Shown: piece by piece, positions 62,447 to 64,000 of the stretch
Numbering within the stretch: position 1 is the stretch's first letter
Layout: each line of letters begins with the position of its first letter
Origin: Podarcis cretensis
Taxonomy: Eukaryota
Length of the DNA stretch: 64,000 nucleotides
Assembly: GCA_951804945.1 (NCBI GenBank)
Contig: OX638155.1
Coordinates: forward strand, 62,868,001 to 62,932,000
Direction: 5' to 3'
The notes under the pieces: generated by a model
Told to the model about the DNA's origin: nothing
The model's database searches: none
Seen by the model: only the letters and a program-made list of their open reading frames with translations
Program-made: the position numbers and the translations under genes

Positions 62447-62878
62447 TTCAGATGGCCTCATTTCTCTCTGGTGTTGCTATAGTCATTGCTAAACCAGGAG
62501 CCCCATGAAAGACTCATCTGTGGCATTTAGGTTCACTGCCCAAAATATGCCAAAAGGACAGGTGCCTTTATTTAGAATAAGAAATACCCACTTTCCCCAC
62601 TGGAAGGGTTACCAGCTACAATGAGGACAAAGATCCTGTATTTTTTCATTCATAGTCGTGCAGAAGAGGAATGTCTGCAGGCCCATCTTTGCTCACACTG
62701 ACAGGGCTATGGCAATGCAAGCTGCACCTGCTGAAGTCCTTCTTCTATGTAGCGATTCATAGCACCTGGTCAGATTGACCCAGGACCAGCACCAGTGCTT
62801 ACCATGGTTGAGCACCTTGTAAGTACCTCTTCAGCCTTTTAAAAATCAGCACCTTCTCAACATTTGAGGCTCCAAGTA

Positions 62879-62881
<3 letters not shown>

Positions 62882-62921
<40 letters not shown>

Positions 62922-62926
62922 AGGGA
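62882..62926. repeat. (AG)n(AGGG)n microsatellite
   Basis: Read directly from the sequence. Confidence 0.9.
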
Positions 62927-62930
62927 GTTT

Positions 62931-63432
62931 GCTGGCATCTGTCCATCTTGAAAGGCAATGAAGTGCACCTCCAGGGGTGAAGTAGAGAACAACAGCACCT
63001 GCTGTGGCTGCACAAACCAGTAACTCACAACTGCTGCGTCCCATGTTGTTTTTGCTGTGTTAGCAGCACTGAAGTGACCTCTCCAGAATGCAAGCCTGGG
63101 CAATATGTATAGAGGTCCTGCCCAGATGATAAGACATCACTCTCGGCCCCGTTGATATGGTCGAAAGGAAAGCAGAGCAATACATTTGGCACCAGCTTGG
63201 CTGCAGGAATTTCTGGGAGGCATACAAGGTGCATACAAGGAACCACTCCAGATCTGTGTAGAGCAATGTTTCCCAACTTTGGGTCTCCAGCTGTTTTTGG
63301 ACTACAATACCTATCATCCCTGACCACTGGTCTTGCTAGCTAGGGATGATGGGAGTGGTAGTCCAAAAAGAGCTGGAGACCAAAGGTTGGGAAACATTGG
63401 TGTAAAGTTTAATCTTTAGCCTTTTCTCCTCC
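62931..63432 (-). mobile_element. Probable RTE-related non-autonomous retroposon fragment, interrupted by a MITE
   Basis: Resembles, from recall, a common lizard RTE-derived repeat (TTTGGCACCAGCTTGGCTGCAGGA..CCACTCC..TTAGCCTTTTC). It continues across the MITE TSD. Confidence 0.45.
63264..63399. mobile_element. Short hairpin hAT-type MITE
   Basis: Long inverted arms CAATGTTTCCCAAC.. / ..GTTGGGAAACATTG and 8-bp TSD GTGTA(G/A)AG. Confidence 0.88.
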
Positions 63433-63814
63433 ACCCAACCATGTGAACCACTTCCTAGATGTGAAATGCCTATTAAAACTGTAGGTGTATGTGCTAGTCT
63501 AGGGTTTGTATCAATACCTCTGCTTGATAAGATAATATAGGTCTGGGTAGGGTGATCCTGTGTTCTACTTTACAGAGAACAGTCCTCTTTCAAATGGCTG
63601 TCAGGGGGCGATCCTCTCTCTTTGGGAAAATCCTATGTTTGAAGGGTTGTCCAGTCCAAATCTAAGTTTAAGATAATGTTCCAGATCACTTTGAAGTCAC
63701 CCATCAACAGTTAGCAAACTGAGCAGGAATGTGTCACCTGTCACAAGTAGGCATTGGGCAAACCAACTTTATTTGTGCTTCTTGAGCCAACATGTGAAGC
63801 AAAATGAAGTTACA

Positions 63815-64000
63815 AAGAAGAAGAGTTTGGATTTGATATCCCGCCTTTCACTCCCTTTAAGGAGTCTCAAAGCAGCTAACATTCTCCTTTCCCTTCCTCC
63901 CCCACAACAAACACTCTGTGAGGTGAGTGGGCCTGAGAGACTTCAAAGAAGTGTGACTGGCCCAAGGTCACCCAGCAGCTGCATGTGGAGGAGCGGAGAC
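63815..64000 (-). mobile_element. Squam3-like SINE, runs off the window end
   Basis: Closely similar to 10793-10980. Confidence 0.85.

Overview
Eukaryotic (vertebrate) non-coding DNA, almost certainly from a squamate and most likely a lacertid lizard (inferred from the Sauria/POM-type SINEs, Bov-B, and Squam-type SINEs). I could not recognise any host protein-coding exon, so the window looks intergenic or deep-intronic. Most ORF-track entries are chance ORFs or transposon remnants. The window is a dense mosaic of transposable elements: Sauria SINEs, Squam2/Squam3-like and tRNA-Ile/CR1-tail SINEs, Bov-B, L1, L2 and CR1 fragments, Penelope-like (PLE) terminal fragments, many Tc1/mariner-type (TA TSD) and hAT-type (8-bp TSD) MITEs, two LTRs, and microsatellites. 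The most interesting observations are: (1) an intact solo LTR (42711-43322, TG..CA, 5-bp TSD) that contains a 157-codon ORF ending in an 'SP-x(15)-RRRSx[R/H]L' motif, with an identically spaced, CpG-decayed version of the motif in an unrelated LTR at 1-422; (2) an intact minimal hammerhead ribozyme in a 94-bp Penelope-like insertion (16809-16846, minus strand); (3) a full-length 1.1-kb L1-mobilised non-autonomous element whose 5' end carries adjacent CTCF and YY1 motifs. Family names come from recall of consensus sequences, not from database searches. Boundaries without a TSD are approximate.
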